In this document: one piece after another, positions 53,765 to 64,000 of the stretch
How the letters are laid out: the number at the start of each line of letters is the position of its first letter
Numbering within the stretch: the stretch's first letter is position 1
Assembly: GCA_950097015.1 (NCBI GenBank)
Contig: CATNEN010000038.1
Location: 19,282,001-19,346,000, forward strand
DNA: 64,000 nt
Reading direction: 5' to 3'
Source of the DNA: Macrostomum hystrix
Taxonomy: Eukaryota > Animalia > Platyhelminthes
Made by a program: the position numbers and the translations under genes
Notes under the pieces: generated by a model
What the model was told of the DNA's origin: nothing
Databases searched by the model: none
What the model saw: the letters and a program-made list of their open reading frames with translations, nothing else

Positions 53765-54447
53765 CAGAGCTTATTCCCACGGTCCCGTGCCGATAATTTC
53801 AATTTTATCCACACGGATCCGTGCCGATAATTTTCTGCTTATCCACATGGCAGCTTGTATGAATAGGTCTAAAACTCTTTATATAAATATGCCGTGCCAT
53901 TAATTTCAATTTTATCCACACGGTTCTGTTCTTTAAAACGAGGCCCTTTCGGGTTTGAACGTTTTGTTGAACCCTCGAGCCAATAGATCGACAAATTTGA
54001 CAGTGTGTTACGACTTACGACAGTGTTCTACATTTGACCTACACATTCATTAACCGACATTAATGTCATCCTTTTTGATTATTGTAATAACAACTTACTA
54101 AATCTTTTGTCATCGTTACGTGTTTTCATTCGAATTGTATTGACTTAAAAAAGTAAGAAGTCTATCTAAGAAAATCATACGAGTCAACCAGCAGAATTCT
54201 AGTCAGCACAGCACCAAACTCGTCACACATATTATAAATCATTTTTATTCTTTTACACTATGCATTTATAGTGTACACTATACACTATACTCTGAAGCAA
54301 AAGCCTTATGCTCAGAGAAGAATAGGTAGGGACTTGAAAGTAGACCTATTCATACAAGCTGCCATGTGGATAAGCAGAAAATTATTGGCACGGATCCGTG
54401 TGGATAAAATTGAAATTATCGGCACGGGACCGTGGGAATAAGCACTT
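53765..54447. mobile_element. Non-autonomous DNA transposon (MITE) with about 107-bp terminal inverted repeats
   Basis: 53765-53871 is the near-exact reverse complement of 54341-54447; subterminal ccgtgcc...ttatccaca repeats; flanking direct repeat tttttaatagg. Confidence 0.85.
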
Positions 54448-55669
54448 CCTTTTTAATAGGCCTATCTGATACTGACTTTCTATCTAATAGGCCTATTCAC
54501 ACAGAAACTCCCTTTATTTCCTCTTTCCAATAGGATTTATACAACTTTACTTAGGTATACAACAGCTCAAATTAACTAAATAACACTTTAATACTTCTGA
54601 ATGAACGCAAGTATGCCCTCCTATTATAAGTCAAACCATATGCAGGCCTACTATGTATTTTATTGTAAAACACAGTTAGGCTGTTAGGGAACCTAAAGTT
54701 AGTTTTACAAGTTGTAGTACAATCATAGATGTAACTGTTATGGCAATTGTGCAATTATTCCAGAAGTTTTCTAGAAACTTCTTTTGTTTGTTATAATGCA
54801 TGAGTTTATTTGTTTATTACAGAATCTTCTCGACCCTTCTCTCAGGTGTGCGCAAGCCATGTATGGTATCCTTCTGGAAAGTTCTCCCACTCATGCTTCT
54901 GCCTATAAATAGAAGCTCCACACAGAGTCATAACCGAAACTTATTTGGGGTTCTCCTGCTACTATTGTTTGCCTGGACAAATGCATGCTTCAAACAAATC
55001 TGTTGCTGAATGCTTGTTATCAGTGTGCATCCATTTCAACTATAGGGCCCCCTAACTCTACTACACTGAGCCTCTGCAATGATATTCCAAGAATATTGTA
55101 GCCCTTATAATTTGTACTTGGCTTTTTTATCTTTTTTAAATGACTGACAAAGGTCAAGTTACTTAGGACATAACATATTGACATATTATATATAATTTAC
55201 TTTATTGTGTGGCCAATTAAATAGAAAATCTTAATGTAGTTTTAGGCTTTTTCTGTAAAAGTTAAGCAATTATAACTAAAAATTTAGGATACTTAATCAG
55301 TACTGATATCAAAACTGAAAGCTAATTCGGTTAACATATCACATTATGCAATTGCTATATTAGCCAATGCTAAAAACTTTTTTACCTAGTTTTTAAAGTC
55401 AATTTTCAAAACTCTCTCTAGAACTATGCTACTAAAAATGCCAATAAAATATAATGTGCCCTAATCTATTTAGACACCTTTGTTATAATCTTAGTGCATT
55501 TTTTTTCTGATGCCTATTGAAAAAAGTACACATTTGGCTACCATATGGATACTTACATTTTTAACACTTTTAATTTTAAATATTCGATTCTAGCTTTGCA
55601 ATTAACTAACTGATCATTGAATTAATTTGTTAAACTGTGACTTCATCTGTTTTAATAAAAAAACTGAGA

Positions 55670-58600
55670 ATGCCTGAGTCATTAGTGACCCAGCCGCAGC
55701 AGCAACCACAGCAGTATTGCTTCTCAACTGAGCAGCACTTCAACCAATTGGATGCAGCCTCAGCGGCTAAGCGTATCATAATGCGAAGCGAAGCCTGTTT
55801 AATAGCTTTCACTTCAAATGGCTGCTTGGTGCGATTTGAACGATCCAATTCTTCATCGGCTGCTAGAGATCGAAATAGCGGCATCGGAGCTGGCTGGCGC
55901 GAGATTCTCCGCCTGCCGGCCATGAACTTTGATGCCTGCCTAGTGGCAGATTCTCAGGCCGCAGATGAGCGTTTAGTTGTATGGCTGTCTGGCTCACTGC
56001 GAGTTTACAATATTGATAGCCTGGAGTGCAGCAGTTTCTCTGTCCGCGGCCTGCCAGCGGGTGTCGACGAAATCTCATCGTCTGGAATCGGCCAGCCGCG
56101 TCTAGTTAAAATATTGCAGATCTCTAGCGATGAGATGCTGCTAATTACCAGTTTAGCTTCTAGTGGAATTGCTGGTAATTTCGGCCTATGATTGTTAGCC
56201 AATTGTTGACTTAATAAAAATTTCGCCTGAAGTTGATTAACCTGTTGATTAAATAAGACCAGTTAACAGCAATGATGTCTGGCCAATTAACTTATGGTGT
56301 AGTCTATGGTTCATATATTAGTAATGGAGAGGTTTTAGCCTAGTGGTTAGGGCGTCGGACTCACGACTTGAAGGTCGTTGGTTCGATTCCCGACTCCACT
56401 GAAACCATTTATGTCCTTTAGCAAGACACTTAACTCTGCATTGCTTCAGTTCACGCAGCTGTTAAATGGGTAGCAGAATTAGCTGGGATAATTGAAGGTG
56501 GGTGTGGCGTCCCCCCAGTCCATGGACTGAACAGCTGTACGCAGTCTTCAGATGCGCCGCGCAATAGCTGCGGCTGTGCTCTCGGCTGCACATCTGGCCC
56601 GATTAGGACCAGATGTAATAAGAGATGTAATAGATGCAATAATACAGATGTAATAAATTATTATTAATTATTATTATTACTAGTCAATAAACAAAGACCG
56701 GATTATAGCCTTGGTCGCGTACCAATTTTTTAACAAAGACCATTTATTGATAATTATTAGAGGGCTGTGGACAGTTGCACACATCATTTTGGTGACACTA
56801 GAGATTAGACTCGCAGCCAGCGAGGAGGCAATTCTGTCCTTTCTGATGACTCCTAAGCACGCACACAAGTTGGAGCTTCATCTGTCCCAACTTTCTCCTC
56901 GTAAGGCAGTGTACATTCTCATTGTGCCTTGGAGGTTGGCCCTCAGGACCGTAAATTGTACCACAAGCCACCAAGCCTTTCTCCTTGCGGCTGCGCCCCA
57001 AATGAATGTGGCCTCTACGCCGAATCGAACTCAGGGACCTTGGTGCGATAGGCAGACGAGTTAGGACGGTCTGCAACTCATCCACCGATAACAAAGACCA
57101 TAGTCCATGGCCGACGAGCTTGCAAATGAACAAAGACCAGTTTATATTATAGATTAAATTTACGGCCAATCAGCGGAAACCATAGTCTATGACTCAATGG
57201 CCAACGTTAATTAACAAGCCTAAACTCACTGCATCAATAAAACCAACCAACCTAACAAAGACCTTAAATTGCCTCCAATACACTCGTAGCAGGCGCGTCA
57301 CACCCGGTGTGCATTAGTCACCTGCGCCTACCACCTGAATCAGTTTGGTCGGACACGCCCGAGTTAAGCGCCAGCACCCTGGCTTGCCTCGGCCTACCAG
57401 TTGCTCCACAGAGCCTTCTCCGCCTTCAATTCGACAGTCGTCAGGCCTGCCTGCACTGTCTGACAGCCGACGGACGAATTTTAACCGTAGACTGTCTGGC
57501 CGGTTGGCTAATTGATTCCGTTGCTGCTCCTAGAGGTACTAGCGATATTTTATTGCTTCGCTGTCACCCGGAGGCTTCAATACTAGCTCTGGCCAGCAGT
57601 CGCAGTGTGGCCTTATTGGAATATCCTTCTTGTAGACGATTGCATCGTTTAACACTGCCAGTAGCCTTGACCGATGCTCGCCTATTGGCTTGTCGTCCTA
57701 CTACTGCTAGTAGTAGTGCTAATAACAATCGCAAATCTCAACAGCCAGAAATATTCGTCTGGGGCTGCGGCACCCAGGTTTATCGGCTGCGCGAGACTTC
57801 ACCAGGGCAGCAGTATCAACGCCTGCTAGATTCTCTGGCATTCGATGAAGCCGAACAATGCGCCAAACGATACGGCCTACCCATGGACCGGCTGTACTAT
57901 GCCAAGTGTCGCCATCTGTTAGAGGATGGCGCTGATAATTATACTACTGCTAGTACTAGTAGTAGCGTTAGTAATGGTCGAATTTCGGACGAATCTCTGT
58001 CTGAACTGGTGACATGCCTTCATCGACTGCCGTTCTCAACAGACGATGAGTACCTGCTTCTACTTACCAGCTGTCTGAAAGGTGAGTGATAATCTAAAAA
58101 GTCAGTATTAAAAATGTGAGCAGAATATATATATGTAAGTGACGCAATTAGATTATGATAATAGATTAGTGATAATCTCTTCATTGGATAATGAAGTGAA
58201 TCATTAGAGAGGATGATTATGACCAATAAAAATAAACATGGGGGAATGATAATGACCAATACAAATGAACATTGGGGGAGAATGACAATGACCAGTGAAA
58301 TGAACATTGGGGGGAGAATGACAATGACCAGTGAAATGAACATTGGGGGGAGAATGACAATGACCAATGAAATCAATATTGGGGGAGAATGACAATGACC
58401 AATGAAATCAATATTGGGGGAGAATGACAATGACGAATGAAATGAACATTGGGGAGAAGGATAATGAGCAATACAAATGAACATGGGGAGAATGACAATG
58501 ACCAATACAAATGAACATTGGGGAGAAGGATAATGACCAATACAAATGAACATTGGGAGAAGGATAATGACCAATACAAATGAACATGGGGGAGAATGAC

Positions 58601-61600
58601 AATGACCAATAAAATGAACATTGGGGGAGAATGACAATGACCAATACAAATGAACATGGGGGAGAATGACAATGACCAATAAAATGAACATTGGGGGAGA
58701 ATGACAATGACCAATAAAATGAACATGGGGGAGAATGACAATGACCAATAAAATGAACATTGGGGGAGAATGACAATGAGGAATACAAATGAACATTGGG
58801 GGAGAATGACAATCAGGAATACAAATGAACATTGGGGGAGAATGACAATCAGGAATACAAATGAACATTGGGGGAGAATGACAATCAGGAATACAAATGA
58901 ACATTGAATCGCGACTGCTTAATCAGTGAACTCAAAGTCAAAAGAGTCTCAATATCGCTTTCTTAACTCAGCCGCATGCAACGGCGCCTGTCCCAGCCTT
59001 CTGGAGCAGCTTCTGACCAGCGTGTCCAGTCAGCTGTCTCGCTACTTTTACGATCCAACTGTGTCATCGGCCTCCGTTATCGAACAGCGCAACAACGATG
59101 AAGACGAAGTTCAACAGCGTCAGCGAATCGCCTTCCTAAACCGCTGGTCGCAGGCCAGCGATCTGGCCGCTTCAACTCTGCAACGCCTGCGCGTTTGTCT
59201 GCAACTGATTGGCGCTGATCAGTTCAGCTTGGAAGTCTGGCAATGGTATCAGAAGGTCAACATCTGTTCGTACTTTTGCGACTCCGTTCTGCGTAATAAT
59301 CACGAAGAGGCTGCGGTGCTGTTCGCTAATTATAAGCAGGCCATCTGTCGTCAGTTGGCTGATAGCGGCGAATACCTGCAGCTGGTACTGGACAATCTGC
59401 GCTGCTGCCAGCCTGATGGACTTCTCTCGCGGCCTTGGTGCGCTTGGCTGGCCGAGGCCTTCCTGCCTGCGATGGCCGCCTCGCCTGAGGCTGCTAGATT
59501 TGCTCCTACTGTAAGTGGTTCGATGCCTGGCTGATCCCATCCCCTACCCTGGGATTCAGTGAGTTGCAGTCCCCATCCCCTACCCTAGGATTCGGTGAGT
59601 TGCAATCCCATCCCCTACCCTGGGATTCCGTGAGTTTCAATCCTATCCCCTACCCTGGGATTCCGTGAGTTGCAATCCCATCCCTAACCTGGGATTCGGT
59701 GAGTTGCAATCCCATCCCCTACCCTAGGATTCGGTGAGTTGCAATCCCATCCCCTACCCTAGGATTCGGTGAGTTGTAATCCCATCCCCTACCCTGGGAT
59801 TCCGTAAGTTCCAATTTCATCCCCTACCCTGGGATTCCGTGAGTTGCAATCCCATCCCTAACCTGGGATTCGGTGAGTTGCAACCCCATCCCCTACCTTG
59901 GGATTCGGTGTTTGCGTTTATGTTGTTATGCTATAAATCATCCATAACAGTCGATTTTGGGTCTGTAAAACAAATCTTAATACACATCCCCTCAGATCGC
60001 TGATTGGTTGGAAGACTGCCTAGACGGCCTGCTCCGATTGGACGACTCAGCCGCCGCCAAAGCCGACGCTTGTCGCCAGTTCTTAGCCAATTTATTGCGC
60101 TGCGTTGGCCGGCCAGCCGACGAAATCGGCGAATCGTTCAGTCGGCCACTGGCCCAGCTAGCCACTTCGCTAGACGAGCTGGTGTGCCTGTGCTCACGCT
60201 ATAAGCTCAGGTTGGGCTTGCGGCTCTACAGGCGCATGGAGCGTGCGGACTTGGCCAGGCATATTTTGGATTATATTCTCCTTAGCCAAGATGCTGGCCT
60301 GTTTGGATTGTTTGGAGCCTATCTGCAGGTACGACTGAGGGAGGATGTCTATCCACTCATTTATCCATCGTTATTCTATTCATACTTCCATTCGTTTATC
60401 CACCCATTCATTTTTATCTTTCCATTTCAGCATCTATTCCATTCATTGATCCATCATTTCATTCAATAATCCATCTTTCCATTCATTGATCTATCTTTCC
60501 ATTCATTGATCCATCATTCCATTCATTCATTCATCTATTTTTCCATTCATTGATCCATCATTCCATTCATTGATCCATCATTTCTTTCATTGATCCACCA
60601 TTCCATTTATTGATCCATCATTCCTTTCATTGATCCACCATACCATTTATTGATCCATCATTCCATTTATTGATCCATCATTCCATTCATTGATCCATCA
60701 TTCCTTTCATTCATCTATCTTTCCATTCATTCATCTATCTTTCCATTCATTGATCCATCATTCCATTCATTGATCCATCATTCCATTCATTGATCCATCA
60801 TTCCATTCATTGATCCATCATTCCATTTATTGATCCATCATTCCTTTCATTGATCCATCATTCCATTTATTGATCCATCATTCCATTCATTGATCCATCA
60901 TTCCATTTATTGATCCATCATTCCTTTCATTGATCCAACATTCCATTTATTGATCCATCATTCCATTCATTGATCTATCTTTCCATTCATTGATCCATCA
61001 TTCCATTTATTGATCCATCATTCCTTTCATTGATCCATCATTCCATCTGATTATCTATCAAATTATCACACTTTTCATCCAGCCTTGTTTGTTCTGTTAA
61101 TTGTTGAATTCAAAAATCTATCCATTTAACTATTTACTCCCATAAGCCCCTAATCTAATAATTTACTTCAGGGGTAGGCAAACTTATTTGCTGGCGGGCC
61201 AAAGAGAGAACCTAAAAGACGACAGCGGGCCGCATTGACTGTATAAATATGAGATAGGGGAGAGATAAGACACGGGAGAGATTAGACACGGGAGAGATGA
61301 GACACAAGAGAGATTAGACACGGGAGAGATGAGACACGAGAGCGATGAGACACAGGAGAGATTAGACACGGGAGAGATGAGACACGAGAGAGATGAGACA
61401 CGAGAGAGATGAAACAGGACACTGTAGATGTCAGAAGGGGCAACGGGCCGGATTTGGGAGCTTCGAGGGCCGCATCTGGCCCGCGGGCCGGAGTTTGCCG
61501 ACCCCTGATTTACTTAAACAATCGCGCATTGTCCACCTATTTTACAAACAGGAATGTGGTCTAAACAGCGACGAATTCTATTGCGACTACTGTTCGGCCA

Positions 61601-64000
61601 GGCTGCAAGCTGCCACAGGGCCAGACACCACCACCGCCGCCGCATCAGCCGGTCCATTCGCAGCTCCGGGCTCGTCAGCGGACGCTCTGCACCACACAGG
61701 CGTCAGTCCGCAAGAGGCCGAACGCACCGCTGTCACCGTCCTAGGCCGCATAGTGAACGAAGATGCTAGAATGCGTTGCACTATCATGCTGGCCGAATTA
61801 GCCACCGTGCCCTGGTCTGACGAGGTTCAAGCCGTTGTTGAACAGCACATGGCGCTGCGGCATAGGCCGGATCGAGTAGTACTCCAGCGAGCTGTCACTG
61901 CTGCCAGAACTCAGGCGCTGTTTAAACGGTTGGTTGGTCTGTTTGATCTGCACTGAATCATAGGATTACAAATGACCTAGGATTATTGACGCTTAAAGGG
62001 TCTTATGCTTAAAGTAATGACCCTCTAATGGCTATGAGCGTGAATTTATGACGCTTTAGTGGCCTAGGACTAACGATTCTCTGAGGGTCATTAGCTAGGA
62101 TTAATGACTCTTTGAAGGTCATTAGCTAGGATTATTGGCGCTTTGAAGATGGTTAGCTAGGATTATTGGCGCTTTCAAGGTCATTAGCTAGGATTATTGG
62201 CGCTTTCAAGGTCATGAGCTAGGATTAATGGCGCTTTGAAGATGGTTAGCTAGGATTATTGGCGCTTTGAAGATGGTTAGCTAGGATTAATGACGCTTTG
62301 AGGGTCATGAGCTAGGATTATTGGCGCTTTGAAGATGGTTAGCTAGGATTATTGGCGCTTTGAAGATGGTTAGCTAGGATTATTGGCGCTTTCAAGGTCA
62401 TGAGCTAGGATTAATGACGCTTTGAAGGTCATTAGCTAGGATTAATGACGCTTTGAAGGTCATTAGCTAGGATTAATGACTCTTTGAAGGTCATGGGCTA
62501 GGATTATTGGCGCTTTGAAGATGGTTAGCTAGGATTATTGGCGCTTTGAAGGTCATTAGCTAGGATTATTGGCGCTTTGAAGGTCATTAGCTAGGATTAT
62601 TGGCGCTTTGAAGGTCATTAGCTTGGATTAATGACTCTTTGAAGGTCATAGGCTAGAATTATTGGCGCTTTGAAGATGGTTAGCTAGGATTATTGGCGCT
62701 TTGAAGATGGTTAGCTAGGATTATTGGCGCTTTGAAGGTCATTAGCTAGGATTATTGGCGCTTTGAAGATGGTTAGCTAGGATTATTGGCGCTTTGAAGG
62801 TCGTTAGCTAGGATTATTGGCGCTTTGAAGGTCATTAGCTAGGATTATTGGCGCTTTGAAGGTCATTAGCTAGGATTATTGGCGCTTTGAAGGTCATTAG
62901 CTAGGATTATTGGCGCTTTGAAGGTCATTAGCTAGGATTATTGGCGCTTTGAAGGTCATTAGCTAGGATTAATGACGCTTTGAAGGTCATGAGCTAGGAT
63001 TAATGACGCTTTGAAGGTCATGAGCTAAGATTAGGATTATTGGCGCTTTGAAGATCATTAGCTAGGATTAATGACGCTTTGAGGGTCATTAGCTAGTATT
63101 AATGACGCTTTGAGGGTCATCAGCTAGGATTAATGACGCTTTGAGGGTCATTAGCTAGTATTAATGACGCTTTGAGGGTCATCAGCTAGGATTAATGACG
63201 CTTTGAGGGTCATTAGCTAGTATTAATGACGCTTTGAGGGTCATCAGCTAGGATTAATGACGCTTTGAGGGTCATTAGCTAGTATTAATGACGCTTTGAG
63301 GGTCATGAGCTAGGATTAATGACGCTTTGAGGGTCATGAGCTAGGATTAATGACGCTTTGAGGGTCATTAGCTAGGATTAATGACGCTTTGAGGGTCATA
63401 AGCTAGGATTAATGACGCTTTGAAGGTCATTAGCTAGTATTAATGACGCTTTGAGGGTCATGAGCTAGGATTAATGACGCTTTGAGGGTCATGAGCTAGG
63501 ATTAATGACGCTTTGAGGGTCATAAGCTAGGATTAATGACGCTTTGAAGGTCATGAGCTAGGATTAATGACGCTTTGAAGGTCATGAGCTAGGATTAATG
63601 ACGCTTTGAAGGTCATGAGCTAGGATTAATGACGCTTTGAGGGTGATAAGTTAGTATTAATGAGCAGCTCGCAAACAGTAGGTAGATTAGAAGTTGACTT
63701 CTTTGCGCAGACCCCCCTAGATCTCAAAGTTGACTGGTTGATTAATTTCTGAAATCTAATAATCAGAACGACACTAAAGATACAAGCACATGTACAGGTA
63801 GTATAGGTTGCAGGGGCGCCGCTTATTGATGAGCAAGCCAGCCCTCTTAAACAGAATAAATCAGCGTTAGATAATTGTCTGACAATTTCAGCTACAATAT
63901 CAGGCAGCACAATGCCAGCCAGCAGGATGCTCAGGCTAGGGCAGCACTGCGCGGCCTGTTCTCACAGCTGGCTAGCGGCCGCGTCGCACCGTCGGCTGTG
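55670..64000 (+). CDS. KNTC1: Kinetochore-associated protein 1 (Rod, RZZ complex), 3' truncated; exons 55670-56174, 57293-58081, 58927-59510, 59996-60328, 61552-61928, 63892->64000
   Basis: LRETSPGQQYQRLLDSLAFDEAEQCAKRYGL and ATVPWSDEVQAVVEQHM...ALFKRYNIR resemble conserved Rod/KNTC1 segments as I recall them; all splice phases are consistent. Confidence 0.75.
56326..56615 (+). mobile_element. tRNA-derived SINE family A, full length
   Basis: A box tagcctagtggttagg, B box ggttcgattcc, CORE-like domain and the shared tail, followed by agatgtaat repeats. Confidence 0.85.
56755..57085 (-). mobile_element. SINE family B
   Basis: Colinear with 25378-25728. Confidence 0.8.
58200..58905. repeat. 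About 32-36-bp minisatellite in KNTC1 intron 2
   Basis: Unit acaaatgaacattgggggagaatgacaatgaccaat. Confidence 0.93.
59535..59910. repeat. 35-bp minisatellite in KNTC1 intron 3
   Basis: Unit cccatcccctaccctgggattcggtgagttgcaat. Confidence 0.93.
60350..61050. repeat. 20-bp minisatellite in KNTC1 intron 4
   Basis: Unit tgatccatcattccattcat. Confidence 0.93.
61169..61507. mobile_element. hAT (Charlie/MER58-like) MITE, 339 bp
   Basis: TIRs CAGGGGTAGGCAAACT / AGTTTGCCGACCCCTG; perfect 8-bp TSD ATTTACTT (61161-61168, 61508-61515); GGCCCGCGGGCC subterminal palindrome. Confidence 0.92.
61960..63660. repeat. 31-bp minisatellite in KNTC1 intron 5
   Basis: Unit gctaggattaatgacgctttgagggtcatta and variants. 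Confidence 0.95.

Overview
Eukaryotic (metazoan) genomic DNA with spliceosomal GT-AG introns. The intronic minisatellites, polyQ-rich proteins and tRNA-derived SINEs are consistent with a free-living flatworm such as Macrostomum, but this is inference. Seven host genes lie on the + strand: an unrecognised Q-rich protein, a klumpfuss/EGR-WT1-like C2H2 zinc-finger factor, USP22, DUS4L, AMPK alpha, a catalytically degenerate glutamine-synthetase-I/lengsin-like protein, and KNTC1/Rod (truncated at the window end). Exon structures were rebuilt by hand from splice sites and reading phase. Two apparently identical, intact 6,424-bp autonomous Helitrons lie head-to-tail on the - strand (40602-53449) with an exact CTAG|TC junction, inserted at one A|T site. 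Also present are two SINE families, two MITEs and about 19 unrelated minisatellite arrays, with one in most large introns. Best leads: (1) the rolling-circle Helitron dimer with an expanded STPR repeat and a splice acceptor fused to its ATG; (2) a roughly 230-nt multi-helix candidate RNA in intron 2 of the GS-like gene; (3) DUS4L, whose conserved N-terminal motif lies upstream of its first ATG, which fits a start codon supplied by a trans-spliced leader; (4) intronic minisatellites built from splice-signal motifs.
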